Position numbers and translations under genes: made by a program. From NCBI RefSeq assembly GCF_964030745.1, contig NZ_OZ034918.1:1020001-1052000 (forward strand): a stretch of DNA of 32,000 nt, in the 5' to 3' direction. The DNA is from Candidatus Saccharimonadota bacterium (GTDB lineage: Bacteria > Bacteroidota > Bacteroidia > Cytophagales > Amoebophilaceae). Shown one piece after another: positions 18,804 to 28,269 of this stretch; position 1 is the stretch's first letter; each line of letters begins with the position of its first letter. Under the pieces are notes generated by a model. That model was not told the origin of the DNA and made no database searches. It saw nothing but the letters and a program-made list of their open reading frames with translations.

Positions 18804-21800
18804 TTAATTGTTCATTACAATACCCTTTTCTTTATTTGTATTTTCACAAGCCTCTAGTGCTTGCTTGGCGGCTTTTTCTAGAACTGTTCCTATCTCTTTT
18901 CCTAAGTATGTATTAGCTATTTGCACATCTATAGCCAATGTTTCTTGCGCCATATGTTGAACCTCTGTTAGATGGATATAGCCTGAAGCATGGCGTAGGT
19001 CATAGAGTCTCTCAGCCAATTTAATAAAGAGTACAGAAAGCTGTACGTGATCTTCTTTAATTGCTTTCTTCAATCTATTTTTCACATAAAGCAAAGAGGC
19101 ATGATCTAAGTCTTGGCGTTTATCTATCCCTACCACATTTAACACAAATGCATAAACCCCTAAATTATAATGTTTCTTGATATAAGAAATCGGTAAACAA
19201 GTACGACGAACCAATTCATATAGCAAAGCAGCATAAATCACTTTAGGAGAGTGAAACACCCATTCTATCACTAATTCAGCAATCCCTACTGATCGAACAT
19301 AAAACAACTGTCCAGATGCATGCCGCTTAAATCCAAAATTTTTCCGTAATAATAAAAGCAAACCAGAAATCGTCTTTACATCAATAGGATCTTCTTTATG
19401 AGAGAATTTGCAGACATAGTCATGGAATTGCATTAATACCATCATCGAATCAGCCTGTTCCTTAGGTGTTACAGGGGACTCTAAGGCTAGGGAATCTATG
19501 GGTAAGGTGGTAGTCATCTTACTGAGGATATCAGTAACCTTATTCGGCAGCACTAATAACATAGATTTTTTGCTAGCATCATAAGGATCTTCTAAATATC
19601 CGTAGTGGGCCTCAATAATAGTAGATATGGTTTGTTGTTGCAGATCTATGGATAGCGGAACTTCCTGTTTACCTTTTGGTCCCATATAATCCATGAGATC
19701 ATCATAATGCTCCTTTACTTCAGGTAACGCTTGCGAATCAATAGTAGCATGGCTGATAACCAGAGCAGTAGCCTTAAAATCCATAAAGGTAGGATATCTG
19801 TTATCGATAGAATCCGCTTGCATAAAGTGCAAAGTAGTAGGATGCAGTTGTATACGAATAACTGGTGAAACATCGTTCTCTATTTTACCAATCCGTAAAA
19901 CAGATTGAACCAATAAATAAACTAATTGGTTGATATCGCCTATAATAGATAGGTTTTTATCAACATCGTTTATTGTTTCTAACAGAATCCTAGGTGGATC
20001 AATAATCTCTTGTGATAATGCTATTTCCACTTTACGAATCAGTTTATCGAAAGTAATTTTAGTAGGCTGTAACAGCGCATGGTCCTTAGATTTTTCTCTC
20101 CTATTGAAATAGGCTATCCAATCATAAAACTTATTGATAATACTTTGTAAATCTTGCTTATAAATGGGAATATCATTATCTAAAAAGGAGATAGATTCCT
20201 CAATCTTACCAACTACTTGGTTTAAAATAAATCCATAACCTTTAGGGGTATGAGAAGTAGAACCATTTGATGGAACCATTGCTGCATCGTAAAGGGAGGC
20301 TTTTACTCGTTGAGATTCTCTGATTTTTTCTTGATTTTTTAGGTAAATATTCTGTGTGGTAATATTACCTACTTTGATTTTAAAGCAAATAATAATAGCA
20401 AATACCAGTATACCCATCATACATAATGGTAATAAAGAGCCTAATAAAGGAAAAGCACATCCAACATAAATCAGATAAATAGCTACTAATGATGTAATGG
20501 CAGTAACCCTTATGCTTATATAAAGAGGAAAAATCCATAAAATTATAAATAAATGGGAAAAAGATAAGGATAAGGTAAAGATAAGATCATGAGGATACCA
20601 CCAGGTAAAAAGTAAACTTATAGGAAGATAAACTGACAAACCCACTAACCAGTATAGGCTAATAAACCAACTAGGAATAGACCTTATTTTTTTGGAAATA
20701 TCATAAAGAAATGGATAGCCTAAACAACAAGCTGATCCAAATAGCTGAATAGTAAGCCAGCATCCATCATGATCCGTAATACGAATCATAGAATAAGTAA
20801 ACAAACTAGTAATGGTAATATACAATCCTACACATACCATCGTAGTGTGGCTGGGCATCAATTTGGATAAAGTATCTTTTCGATTTGTCCAATAATTCTT
20901 AATCGCTTCTTTTCGCTCTGCACGCTTACGGGAACTTTCTTGTTTAATTTGTTTAAATGTATCATCTGTTCCAATCCATCCTCTATCTATTGGTTGTTTT
21001 GATAGATAATGAGCTGCCATCATAGCTAGACCATTGGCTAGCATAGCAATGACAGAACCATCTATACCAGTAGAAGATTGAACTAATTCGTTCCATATTA
21101 GAATGGTCAACACACCTGTACCCATACCGATTAACGCTGTACGGGAAGTGCCTCGAAAACCAAAGACGGCAAGTAATAGCGGAGCAGCTGTAATAGGCAC
21201 GGACACTTGAAGTGCCCAACAAAGTAACCGGAACAAATCGTTGCAGTAAAAAGCTATTATCATGGCTAATAAACCAGTAACTAGAGAAGAAATTCTTACT
21301 ACATATAACTGATGTTTTTCTGATAATATGTGCCACTTTGAGTAAATATTAGCAAGCAAATCATTGGTAAGCATAGTAGCACAGCTATTTAAACTAGAGT
21401 CAGCAGTCGACATAGTCATAGCAATTAGTCCAATTAGAATTGATGCTTGCAAAATAGGGGGGCATTGACCGATAATATAGGGCCAAATTTCTTCTATACT
21501 TAAATGCTTTATGGCTACAATAGTAAACAAACCAATGAGAATGATAAAACCTACTATAAGTAGGTTAAAAATGCTAGTATAATAAAAAACTTTTTTAGCT
21601 TGTATAACTCCAGAAGACATATAGACCCGTTGCACCATACTAGGTCTTCCACTAGGTATTATGATCGCTAATACCAGCATAAATACTCCAATAAATTTAC
21701 GATTGATATGAAATAAACTATCCAATTGAAACTTAGTCGAACACTTTAAGCAGGAAATTATCTCTGTTACCGATTGGTCGATATGTATATACATATACCA

Positions 21801-22385
21801 AGTAAAAAATGGAATAACAATTGTAAATGTGATAAATTGCATAACATCAGTAAAGGTAACAGAACGAATGCCACCCAAACTGGAATAGGTAACAAAAATT
21901 AGACTAATGGCCACTGTAATAGCATAGGGATCTATATTAGGTATACAGATAGCAACAGATGAAGTGACTACATTAATTTGTGTAACAATAGTTATAAGGG
22001 AGCGTACTACACCAAATAGTGCAGAGATGATTCTAGGCCATGTACCATATACACTACCTATGCTTTCTGCTGTGGAAAGGTGGTACATAAATGGTCCCAT
22101 ACGTGGTATAAGTAGCGTCCATATCCAAATAGAGATACTGTCTGCCAGTAATATAATTATATAATATATACCCTGATTATAAATCTGTTGTACAGTACGC
22201 ATCAAGGCACCTCCCCCATAAAGTGTAGCTAGTAATGTAGCCACTAAAGTAGCAGTAGCAAAATTTTTATTACCTATTGCATATTCACGTAAGGAAGTTA
22301 TTTTACCGCTATAATACATACCTACGACTAATGTTAGTAACAGAAAGGATATGATTATAGTTGACAGAATATATAAGGTTAACAT
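18804..22385 (-). CDS. SLC5/SSF-family permease fused to extra TM block, degenerate histidine-kinase-like core and degenerate RelA/SpoT-type HD domain
   Basis: 1193-aa uninterrupted ORF. aa 1-465 carry about 13 TM helices of sodium:solute-symporter type. aa 512-672 carry about 6 more TM helices. aa ~715-950 are DHp/HATPase_c-like with His, N-box and G-boxes replaced. aa ~1005-1165 are SpoT HD-like (AALLYELVRRT, LFIKLAERLYDLRHA, AQETLAIDVQIANTYLG). Confidence 0.85.
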   Translation of the reverse strand: MLTLYILSTIIISFLLLTLVVGMYYSGKITSLREYAIGNKNFATATLVATLLATLYGGGALMRTVQQIYNQGIYYIIILLADSISIWIWTLLIPRMGPFMYHLSTAESIGSVYGTWPRIISALFGVVRSLITIVTQINVVTSSVAICIPNIDPYAITVAISLIFVTYSSLGGIRSVTFTDVMQFITFTIVIPFFTWYMYIHIDQSVTEIISCLKCSTKFQLDSLFHINRKFIGVFMLVLAIIIPSGRPSMVQRVYMSSGVIQAKKVFYYTSIFNLLIVGFIILIGLFTIVAIKHLSIEEIWPYIIGQCPPILQASILIGLIAMTMSTADSSLNSCATMLTNDLLANIYSKWHILSEKHQLYVVRISSLVTGLLAMIIAFYCNDLFRLLCWALQVSVPITAAPLLLAVFGFRGTSRTALIGMGTGVLTILIWNELVQSSTGIDGSVIAMLANGLAMMAAHYLSKQPIDRGWIGTDDTFKQIKQESSRKRAERKEAIKNYWTNRKDTLSKLMPSHTTMVCVGLYITITSLFTYSMIRITDHDGCWLTIQLFGSACCLGYPFLYDISKKIRSIPSWFISLYWLVGLSVYLPISLLFTWWYPHDLIFTLSLSFSHLFIILWIFPLYISIRVTAITSLVAIYLIYVGCAFPLLGSLLPLCMMGILVFAIIICFKIKVGNITTQNIYLKNQEKIRESQRVKASLYDAAMVPSNGSTSHTPKGYGFILNQVVGKIEESISFLDNDIPIYKQDLQSIINKFYDWIAYFNRREKSKDHALLQPTKITFDKLIRKVEIALSQEIIDPPRILLETINDVDKNLSIIGDINQLVYLLVQSVLRIGKIENDVSPVIRIQLHPTTLHFMQADSIDNRYPTFMDFKATALVISHATIDSQALPEVKEHYDDLMDYMGPKGKQEVPLSIDLQQQTISTIIEAHYGYLEDPYDASKKSMLLVLPNKVTDILSKMTTTLPIDSLALESPVTPKEQADSMMVLMQFHDYVCKFSHKEDPIDVKTISGLLLLLRKNFGFKRHASGQLFYVRSVGIAELVIEWVFHSPKVIYAALLYELVRRTCLPISYIKKHYNLGVYAFVLNVVGIDKRQDLDHASLLYVKNRLKKAIKEDHVQLSVLFIKLAERLYDLRHASGYIHLTEVQHMAQETLAIDVQIANTYLGKEIGTVLEKAAKQALEACENTNKEKGIVMNN

Positions 22386-22575
22386 ACATATTTATTATTA
22401 ATTGCATGTGGGAAATGATAAACACAAACTGTAATATATTATAATTATATTATACTTTATCAAAATCAAAGTAAGTAAATATGTAAATTAATGTATAGCT
22501 TATCCGTTACCTATTAGCCTTAGCATGGTACTTTAAGTTCTATACAAGCGTAACCACCTTTTTTATCTTATTGCA

Positions 22576-23943
22576 ATGGAGTTTTTCCCTATAGAGTTTT
22601 ACCAACAGGAAGCAGACAAATGGATTAATCCATATCAGGAAGGATATGAAAAACCATTATTGGACAAACAGATACAACAATCTTATTTGAAAAATTTACA
22701 GGAACGCTTTTTTGGTACTGCATCTCCTTGGGATCAAGACTACGTTAAACAGGTTCTACAAACAGACATCTGGGCTAGTGAAAAAAAGCAGCTTACAATA
22801 TTTTCTAATCAGGATGATCTGTCGCAATCCAAATGGTATGGCCTTAACTTTAGACCTTATCCACACAAAAAGATACAAGATATAGCCGATACAATTCCAT
22901 TAGACGAACTGAAAATATTATCCTTTCATAAAGAAAACAGGGCAATAACAATTAAAAATTTAACAGGAAGAAGCCTACCTACAACAGATATTTATGTACG
23001 CAGCATTATTCCGGGTTATGGCTATCCGCTTGACAAACTACAAGCCTCTTCTCTGTTTATTGGTACCCCTATTTATGTTATAAATCAAACGAAAGATAAA
23101 CGTTGGTCCCTTGTTATAACACCAGACTTTATTGTATGGGTTGAAAGCGATGGGATAGCCTATACCAATGACAACTTTATTGAAACATGGAGATCTATTG
23201 CAAAAGAAAAGCTTGCTGCAATTATACAAACAGACACAGCTTTAGTAAATCAACAGGGAAGATATTTAGCAACAGCCTATATCGGTGCATTGTTTCCAGC
23301 ACGTAGTGCTATAATGGAAAAACTGATTTTGTCTGTACCTATAGCTGATAAAGATGGAAATGCCTTGTTATCTGATGTGGTAGTTAACTCAACGCAAGCG
23401 GCATATATCCCCATTAGTTCATCTCCAAGAAATTTTTCTCAATTAATAAATAGCTTAAAAGGGAGGCCTTATGGTTGGGGAGGGTTATCATACTATAACG
23501 ATTGTTCTGCAGAGCTTAAATGTCTTTTCCTTCCTTTTGGTATTTGGTTGCCTCGTCAATCATACGACCAGATGAAAGCAACAGCAGTGGTTGACTTAAG
23601 TACTTCTACACCAAAGGAACGTCTTACTTATTTAATTGAGCATGGAAATCCATTTTTTACCATAATGTACATTAAAGGACATATCTTTTTGTACTTAGGG
23701 AATTTCCCGCAAGTTGGCCAAAAATTACCTATGGTAATGAGTTACCAAAATATTTGGGGGCTATCTAATCTAACAAAAGATAAAATATCCATAATTGGAG
23801 AAGCTGTTTTTCTTCCGCTGCTACTTAACTATCCAGAAGATGCTAGTCTTAACTCACTCTTAAGTAGAGATACATTTCAAGTAGGTCATTTGAATCAGTT
23901 ACCACCAGGCTATCCTAAACTTATTCTCCCATATGTACTCTAA
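22576..23943 (+). CDS. NlpC/P60-family cell-wall peptidase with N-terminal SH3b-like region (YkfC-like)
   Basis: C-terminal catalytic signature GRPYGWGG..YNDCSAELKCLF..GIWLPRQSYDQ ... IKGHIFLYLG (Cys/His). No signal peptide. An in-frame stop 42 nt upstream of the ATG limits N-terminal extension. Confidence 0.8.
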   Translation: MEFFPIEFYQQEADKWINPYQEGYEKPLLDKQIQQSYLKNLQERFFGTASPWDQDYVKQVLQTDIWASEKKQLTIFSNQDDLSQSKWYGLNFRPYPHKKIQDIADTIPLDELKILSFHKENRAITIKNLTGRSLPTTDIYVRSIIPGYGYPLDKLQASSLFIGTPIYVINQTKDKRWSLVITPDFIVWVESDGIAYTNDNFIETWRSIAKEKLAAIIQTDTALVNQQGRYLATAYIGALFPARSAIMEKLILSVPIADKDGNALLSDVVVNSTQAAYIPISSSPRNFSQLINSLKGRPYGWGGLSYYNDCSAELKCLFLPFGIWLPRQSYDQMKATAVVDLSTSTPKERLTYLIEHGNPFFTIMYIKGHIFLYLGNFPQVGQKLPMVMSYQNIWGLSNLTKDKISIIGEAVFLPLLLNYPEDASLNSLLSRDTFQVGHLNQLPPGYPKLILPYVL

Positions 23944-24378
23944 AGTTATCTTTGCTGTTAAGAGTAGAAAATAACTGATCATTAAAGTAGTAGGTCTTCT
24001 AAAAAATAAAATACTATTAATTTGCATTAAATTTAGTCCTACGTTTTGGATTAGATCTAATTTTTAAGACTGATAGTCAATATGAATAAAAATTCATATA
24101 TGCTACTTTAAATAAAATAGAATATAGGAAAAATAAGTAGATTTGTATCTATTCACGTCACTGGTTAATAATGAATTGTATTCCACTTTATCCTTTATAA
24201 AAAAGTGGGCAAAAAATCAAGCCTTCGGTAAAAAGTTGGGGGCCTCACCCTCTTACAGGGGCATTTTTCTACTATGGCCATAGCGTTTGAACGCATACGC
24301 TACCTTTGGCTGAAAAAGCAAGTGGCTAATCCATTACCAGCCGCAGCGTCTCCTTCGATAAAAAATGGCGCTCTAGTA

Positions 24379-24519
24379 GACCTCTTGCAAAACCTACTTT
24401 GTGATGAGCAATTTTTAGGAGAAGTGTAGTCGAGCACCGCAGAATACTTAATGTATTTGAGGAGCATAGACAAGCTTCGACACCAAAATTTCCATTAGAA
24501 ATAGGTTTTGCAAGAGGTC
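24379..24519. mobile_element. 141-bp nested MITE (N) inside E3
   Basis: Same TIRs and TAGTA flanks as the other N copies. A second, partial copy (right 75 bp) lies at 27200-27274 within the duplicated segment. Confidence 0.8.
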
Positions 24520-24642
24520 TAGTAAAACACTAACAGGTGAGCGATATCTTTTTCAGCGGATTAGAAAATCGTCTGTTTGAAGCCCGCTTGCGGGCTGAGT
24601 TCACGATTTTCCCGCTGAAAAAGATATCGATTCAGCTATTTA
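24445..24642 (+). repeat. left copy of ~198-bp direct duplication flanking the IS5-family element
   Basis: TACTTAATGTATTTGAGG...CAGCTATTTA is repeated at 27200-27396 with only about 3 differences. The two copies share variants absent from E2/E4 (GAGTTCACG, CCGCTGAAAAA). Confidence 0.8.
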
Positions 24643-25124
24643 GTCGGCCCTGAAATATTATATATTTATTTGTTTGTGAATATAAAAACCCGTATATTAT
24701 AATATATATAATAACCATTTTTAGAGTTTTTTTGTATAAAACCTTGCAAAATAGGGATGAAATCTAAGAGGATAAATCATTCTTGTTGTAGGCTTTTTGA
24801 GCAACGCTTATCTGGGATTCTTAATCCCCAACACGCCTTATTTCAGTTAGCTGATTCCATTCCTTGGCAATCCTTAGAATCAGATTTAGATCGCAGCTTT
24901 AGCTATGGACCCGGTCAACCTCCTTTACCTATTCGTTTGATTGTAGGTCTACTCATTATCAGTCATATGTACCAAGTTTCTGATGAGCAAGTAGTTTCTA
25001 GATGGGTAGAAAATCCTTATTGGCAATACCTTTGTGGCTATGATTATTTTCAGATTAAGGCAGCTTGTCACCCTAGTTCATTAACTCGTTGGCGTCAAAG
25101 ATTGGGAGCAGAAGGTCTTAATAA

Positions 25125-26121
25125 CCTGAGTTCTGGATTAGACTTATTGTAAATCAGTCATATATATGTTAGTTATAGAAGGTTTTTTTTTCTTTTAGTC
25201 CATAAGCTGTGATTCCAGCGATCAAATTGACTAAAAAATTAGGTATACTTCTGTGCCTGGAGTGTTCTATCTGGCTAATATTTTTAAGCTGATCTATAAT
25301 TGTTTCAATAATAGATCGCTTTCTAAGCATCAGTTTATCCCAGAGTGGCATAAATGCATTTTTCATATTTTTTCTGATTTGAGTAATCAGTTCCATACCT
25401 TTATCTATCAGTTTCTCAAATAAATCTTTACTCAAGTAGCCTTTATCGCTGAACACTTTACCCATCAAATTTTTACATAAATTTTCTACAGGGAATCTAT
25501 CATTAACTTTACCTGTGGTAAGTGAAAAGTTCATAATTTCTCCTAAATCATTGACTATCAAGTGTAATTTCATCCCAAAAAACCACCCGGTGCTGGTTTT
25601 ACCTTTAGTAGCAATCGATTTAAAAACCTTATGAGCATAGGATCTTTTGACATTACAAACTTTGATGGCTGTTGCATCCATAAAGTAGCAACCTGTTTTT
25701 GTTTTAGAGAGACTTTGTGTAAAAAAGTACATTGGTACTAAGGATCTCTGAATCAGTGCTATAAATCTAGTATAGCTTACTAGATTACTAAAGTCATTAG
25801 AATGAAACTGCTGTAGATGAGCATAATATGACTTAAAGTTTCTAAAGCCAATTACATGAAAGGCAATTAATATGGTCATTATTTCGCTCAAAGACAACGA
25901 ACAAGTTCTAGTAGGTTTTCTTGTAGAGTGGGGTAACAGTTGACTTTCCATATAAGGCATAAATTTTTTAAGAATTCATCGACAGCGAAATATATTTCGA
26001 CTAATTTTGTTACATTCATAATGGGCTCCTTTGTTAATTTGGTTATTGTTTTCAACTCCAAATTTAAAACACAAAGGGGCTCTTTTAAACGCATTCTTAA
26101 ATTTCTAATCCAGAACTCAGG
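25125..26121 (-). mobile_element. IS982-family insertion sequence (997 bp), 7-bp TSD TTAATAA
   Basis: 18-bp perfect IRs CCTGAGTTCTGGATTAGA (25125-25142) and TCTAATCCAGAACTCAGG (26104-26121). Direct repeats TTAATAA lie at 25118-25124 and 26122-26128. Confidence 0.85.
25169..26019 (-). CDS. IS982-family transposase in two frames (-1 shift needed at an A6 run)
   Basis: The N-terminal 20 codons start at the ATG at 26019 (MNVTKLVEIYFAVDEFLKN). The body is the 263-aa ORF 25169-25960 (SLSEIMTILIAFHVIGFRNFKSYY, DATAIKVC, GWFFGMKLHLIVNDLGEI, DKGY). The frames overlap at TTAAAAAAT (T-run 25964-25969 on the plus strand). Confidence 0.7.
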
Positions 26122-27199
26122 TTAATAAGATCTTATCGATGACTATACAATTAGCCATTAAAAAAAAAGTAGTCTGCCCAAAAGAACTTGAAAAAGTGAT
26201 ATCCGACACTACTGTAATGGAGAAAAATATTCGCTATCCAACTGATTCTTCGTTGCTTAATAAGGCTAGACAAAAACTAGTGGCTATAGCTAAGAAAACA
26301 GGCGTTAAACTCCGTCAAACCTACCAACGTCTAGGCCCAGCTATCAAACGTAAAGTAGATGGCTATGCACATGCTAAACAGTTTAAACGTTTAGCCAAAG
26401 GCGTTAAAACATTAAAAAACTATCTTGGTCGGGTGGTAAGAGATGTAGAACGCTCTATGCAATCGTGTGATGAAGCAATACGCACCCAGTTTAGACATCT
26501 GCTTTCTATAAGTAAAAGGATTATTAACCAATCAAAAAAAAGTAAAAATAAAGTCTATAGTATCCATGAACCTGCTGTTTACTGCGTAAGTAAAGGTAAG
26601 GCTTTAAATCCCTATGAGTATGGTTGTAAGGTGCAATTTACGCTCACCCATAAACAAGGCTTGATTGTATCAACGGAAGCTTTAGATCCTAATGAATATG
26701 ATGGACATACCTTGCATAGAAGTTTATTACAAGCAGAAAAACTATCTGGTACTCAGGTAAAACACCTCTTCGTAGACAGGGGTTACAGAGGTCATAATAT
26801 ACCTAATAGTCAATGTAATATATTTATAAGCGGCTCTAAAAGAGGTATAACGCCTAGTCTCAAAAAAGCACTAAAAAGAAGATCTGCTATTGAACCACAT
26901 ATTGGTCATATGAAATCTGATGGTAAGTTAGCGGTTAACTACTTGAAAGGAATATTGGGAGACAAACTCAATGCTATTCTATGTGCTATTAGCCATAATC
27001 TACGCCTTATTACAAGAAAAACATTCCTAATACCCACCTAATCAGGTAAAATAAAACCTATAGCACTAAGATGCTTTATCCTGAACTAACGTATACAGAT
27101 ACCAGGATTAGAATAGATACAGAACATGAAAAAATTGAAATGGGGCAGGTGATTATTTTTTTAATAAATAACTTGAAGTATGAATACTTCAGGGCCGAC

Positions 27200-27396
27200 T
27201 ACTTAATGTATTTGAGGAGCATAGACAAGCTTCGACACCAAAATTTCCATTAGAAATAGGTTTTGCAAGAGGTCTAGTAAAACACTAACAGGTGAGCGAT
27301 ATATTTTCAGCGGATTAGAAAATCGTCTGTTTGAAGCCCGCTTGCGGGCTGAGTTCACGATTTTCCCGCTGAAAAATATATCGATTCAGCTATTTA
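27200..27396 (+). repeat. right copy of ~198-bp direct duplication flanking the IS5-family element
   Basis: See 24445-24642. It continues seamlessly into the right arm and terminus of E3 (27397-27458). Confidence 0.8.
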
Positions 27397-27583
27397 CTAT
27401 CGGGCCAGACTTTTTATCGAAGGAGATAAGGCGGCCAGCCAGAGACGTGAATAGATGCGTAAATTTCTTGGTTATCAGCGTATTACACATAATATATCTA
27501 AAACATTTGTTAAACAAATGCAAATGTTTACATATTAATATAAATCAATAACTCTCGTTATTAGACAATACTTTTGGAATAAA

Positions 27584-28269
27584 CTATTTAGAAAACTGAT
27601 CTAATAGATCATCTAGATATTGACCATCGTTCGCATTAAACTGATATAAAAGAGGCCCTTCCTTTCCATGATATATTTTTTCCCAATCCTTATGTGAAGC
27701 ATCATTACGAAGTATATCATCACCAGAATGGTGTATTTTAAATGCTAAAATACCTCTCCGAACTGAATCATTATAAGTACCATCTGTTTTGATATTATAT
27801 CCATATTCGCGTAGCTTTTGGATCCATTCTTGTTCATCTTGTGATAACCTACTATCTTTTTCCTTATAAGACACTACTATGTCAGGGTTTGGACTTATAC
27901 TTAAGTCCTTTTTTCTGGGGTATATACCAAAATTTTTATTAATGTTCAGTTCATTAAAAGATGGTTCGTCCTGTGCATTAGCCAATTTGTCCCAAAAGAA
28001 ATAAGGATTTGGATCAATTTTTCTACTTGGATCCCAATCGCTATGTCCTAGCATTAGTTTAGCATCAATGCTCCTATGCTGTTGAGTAAGCATTGCAGAC
28101 AGTTCTACATTAGACTTGATTTGTGCCTCTGTATAAGGTTGATTACCATTATTTACATTTTCAATTCCAATAGACCAACTATTCATATCATTTTGTAGTT
28201 CGGAATAAGATACTAAAGAACTACTAAGTTTAGAGCTTGCAGCTAAACTACCAATGCCTGCGTGATAAG
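27584..28269 (-). pseudogene. N-acetylmuramoyl-L-alanine amidase (amidase_2) gene, C-terminal part with peptidoglycan-binding domain
   Basis: The reading frame is open upstream of the listed Met back to the IS junction (..YHAGIGSLAASS..MNSWSIGIENVNNG..LMLGHSDWDPSRKIDPNPYF). The C-terminus is PG_binding_1-like (IQKLREYGYNIKTDGTYNDSVRRGILAFKIHH). Confidence 0.8.

Larger units (their letters stand above)
24757..27041 (+). pseudogene. IS5-family (DDE_Tnp_1) transposase gene split by the IS982-family insertion
   Basis: N-terminal part 24757-25124 (PIRLIVGLLIISHMYQVSDEQVVSRWVENPYWQYLCGYDYF...SSLTRWRQRLGAEGL). C-terminal part 26122-27041 (DTTVMEKNIRYPTDSSLLNKAR...). Removing 25125-26128 joins them in frame (..AEGLNKILSMTIQLAI..) to about 427 aa. 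Confidence 0.85.
24643..27199 (+). mobile_element. IS5-family insertion sequence (native ~1553 bp) carrying a nested IS982-family element
   Basis: Imperfect terminal IRs GTCGGCCCTGAAATATTATA... (24643) and ...TATGAATACTTCAGGGCCGAC (ends 27199). It encodes a split IS5-type transposase. Confidence 0.8.
24145..27458. mobile_element. MITE-like element copy E3 (modules C, linker, A with nested N), interrupted by an IS5-family element; 8-bp TSD GTAGATTT / GTAAATTT
   Basis: The left terminus GTATCTATTCACG starts at 24145 and the right terminus CGTGAATAGATGC ends at 27458. The flanking 8-mers at 24137-24144 and 27459-27466 match 7/8. About 560 bp is MITE sequence once the IS and the duplicated segment are removed. 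Confidence 0.75.

Noticed and set aside
25888-26094. 68-aa ORF as an independent gene.
   Set aside because: From the ATG at 26019 it encodes the conserved N-terminus of the IS982-family transposase. The upstream 25 codons run into the IS terminal region and are unlikely to be translated.
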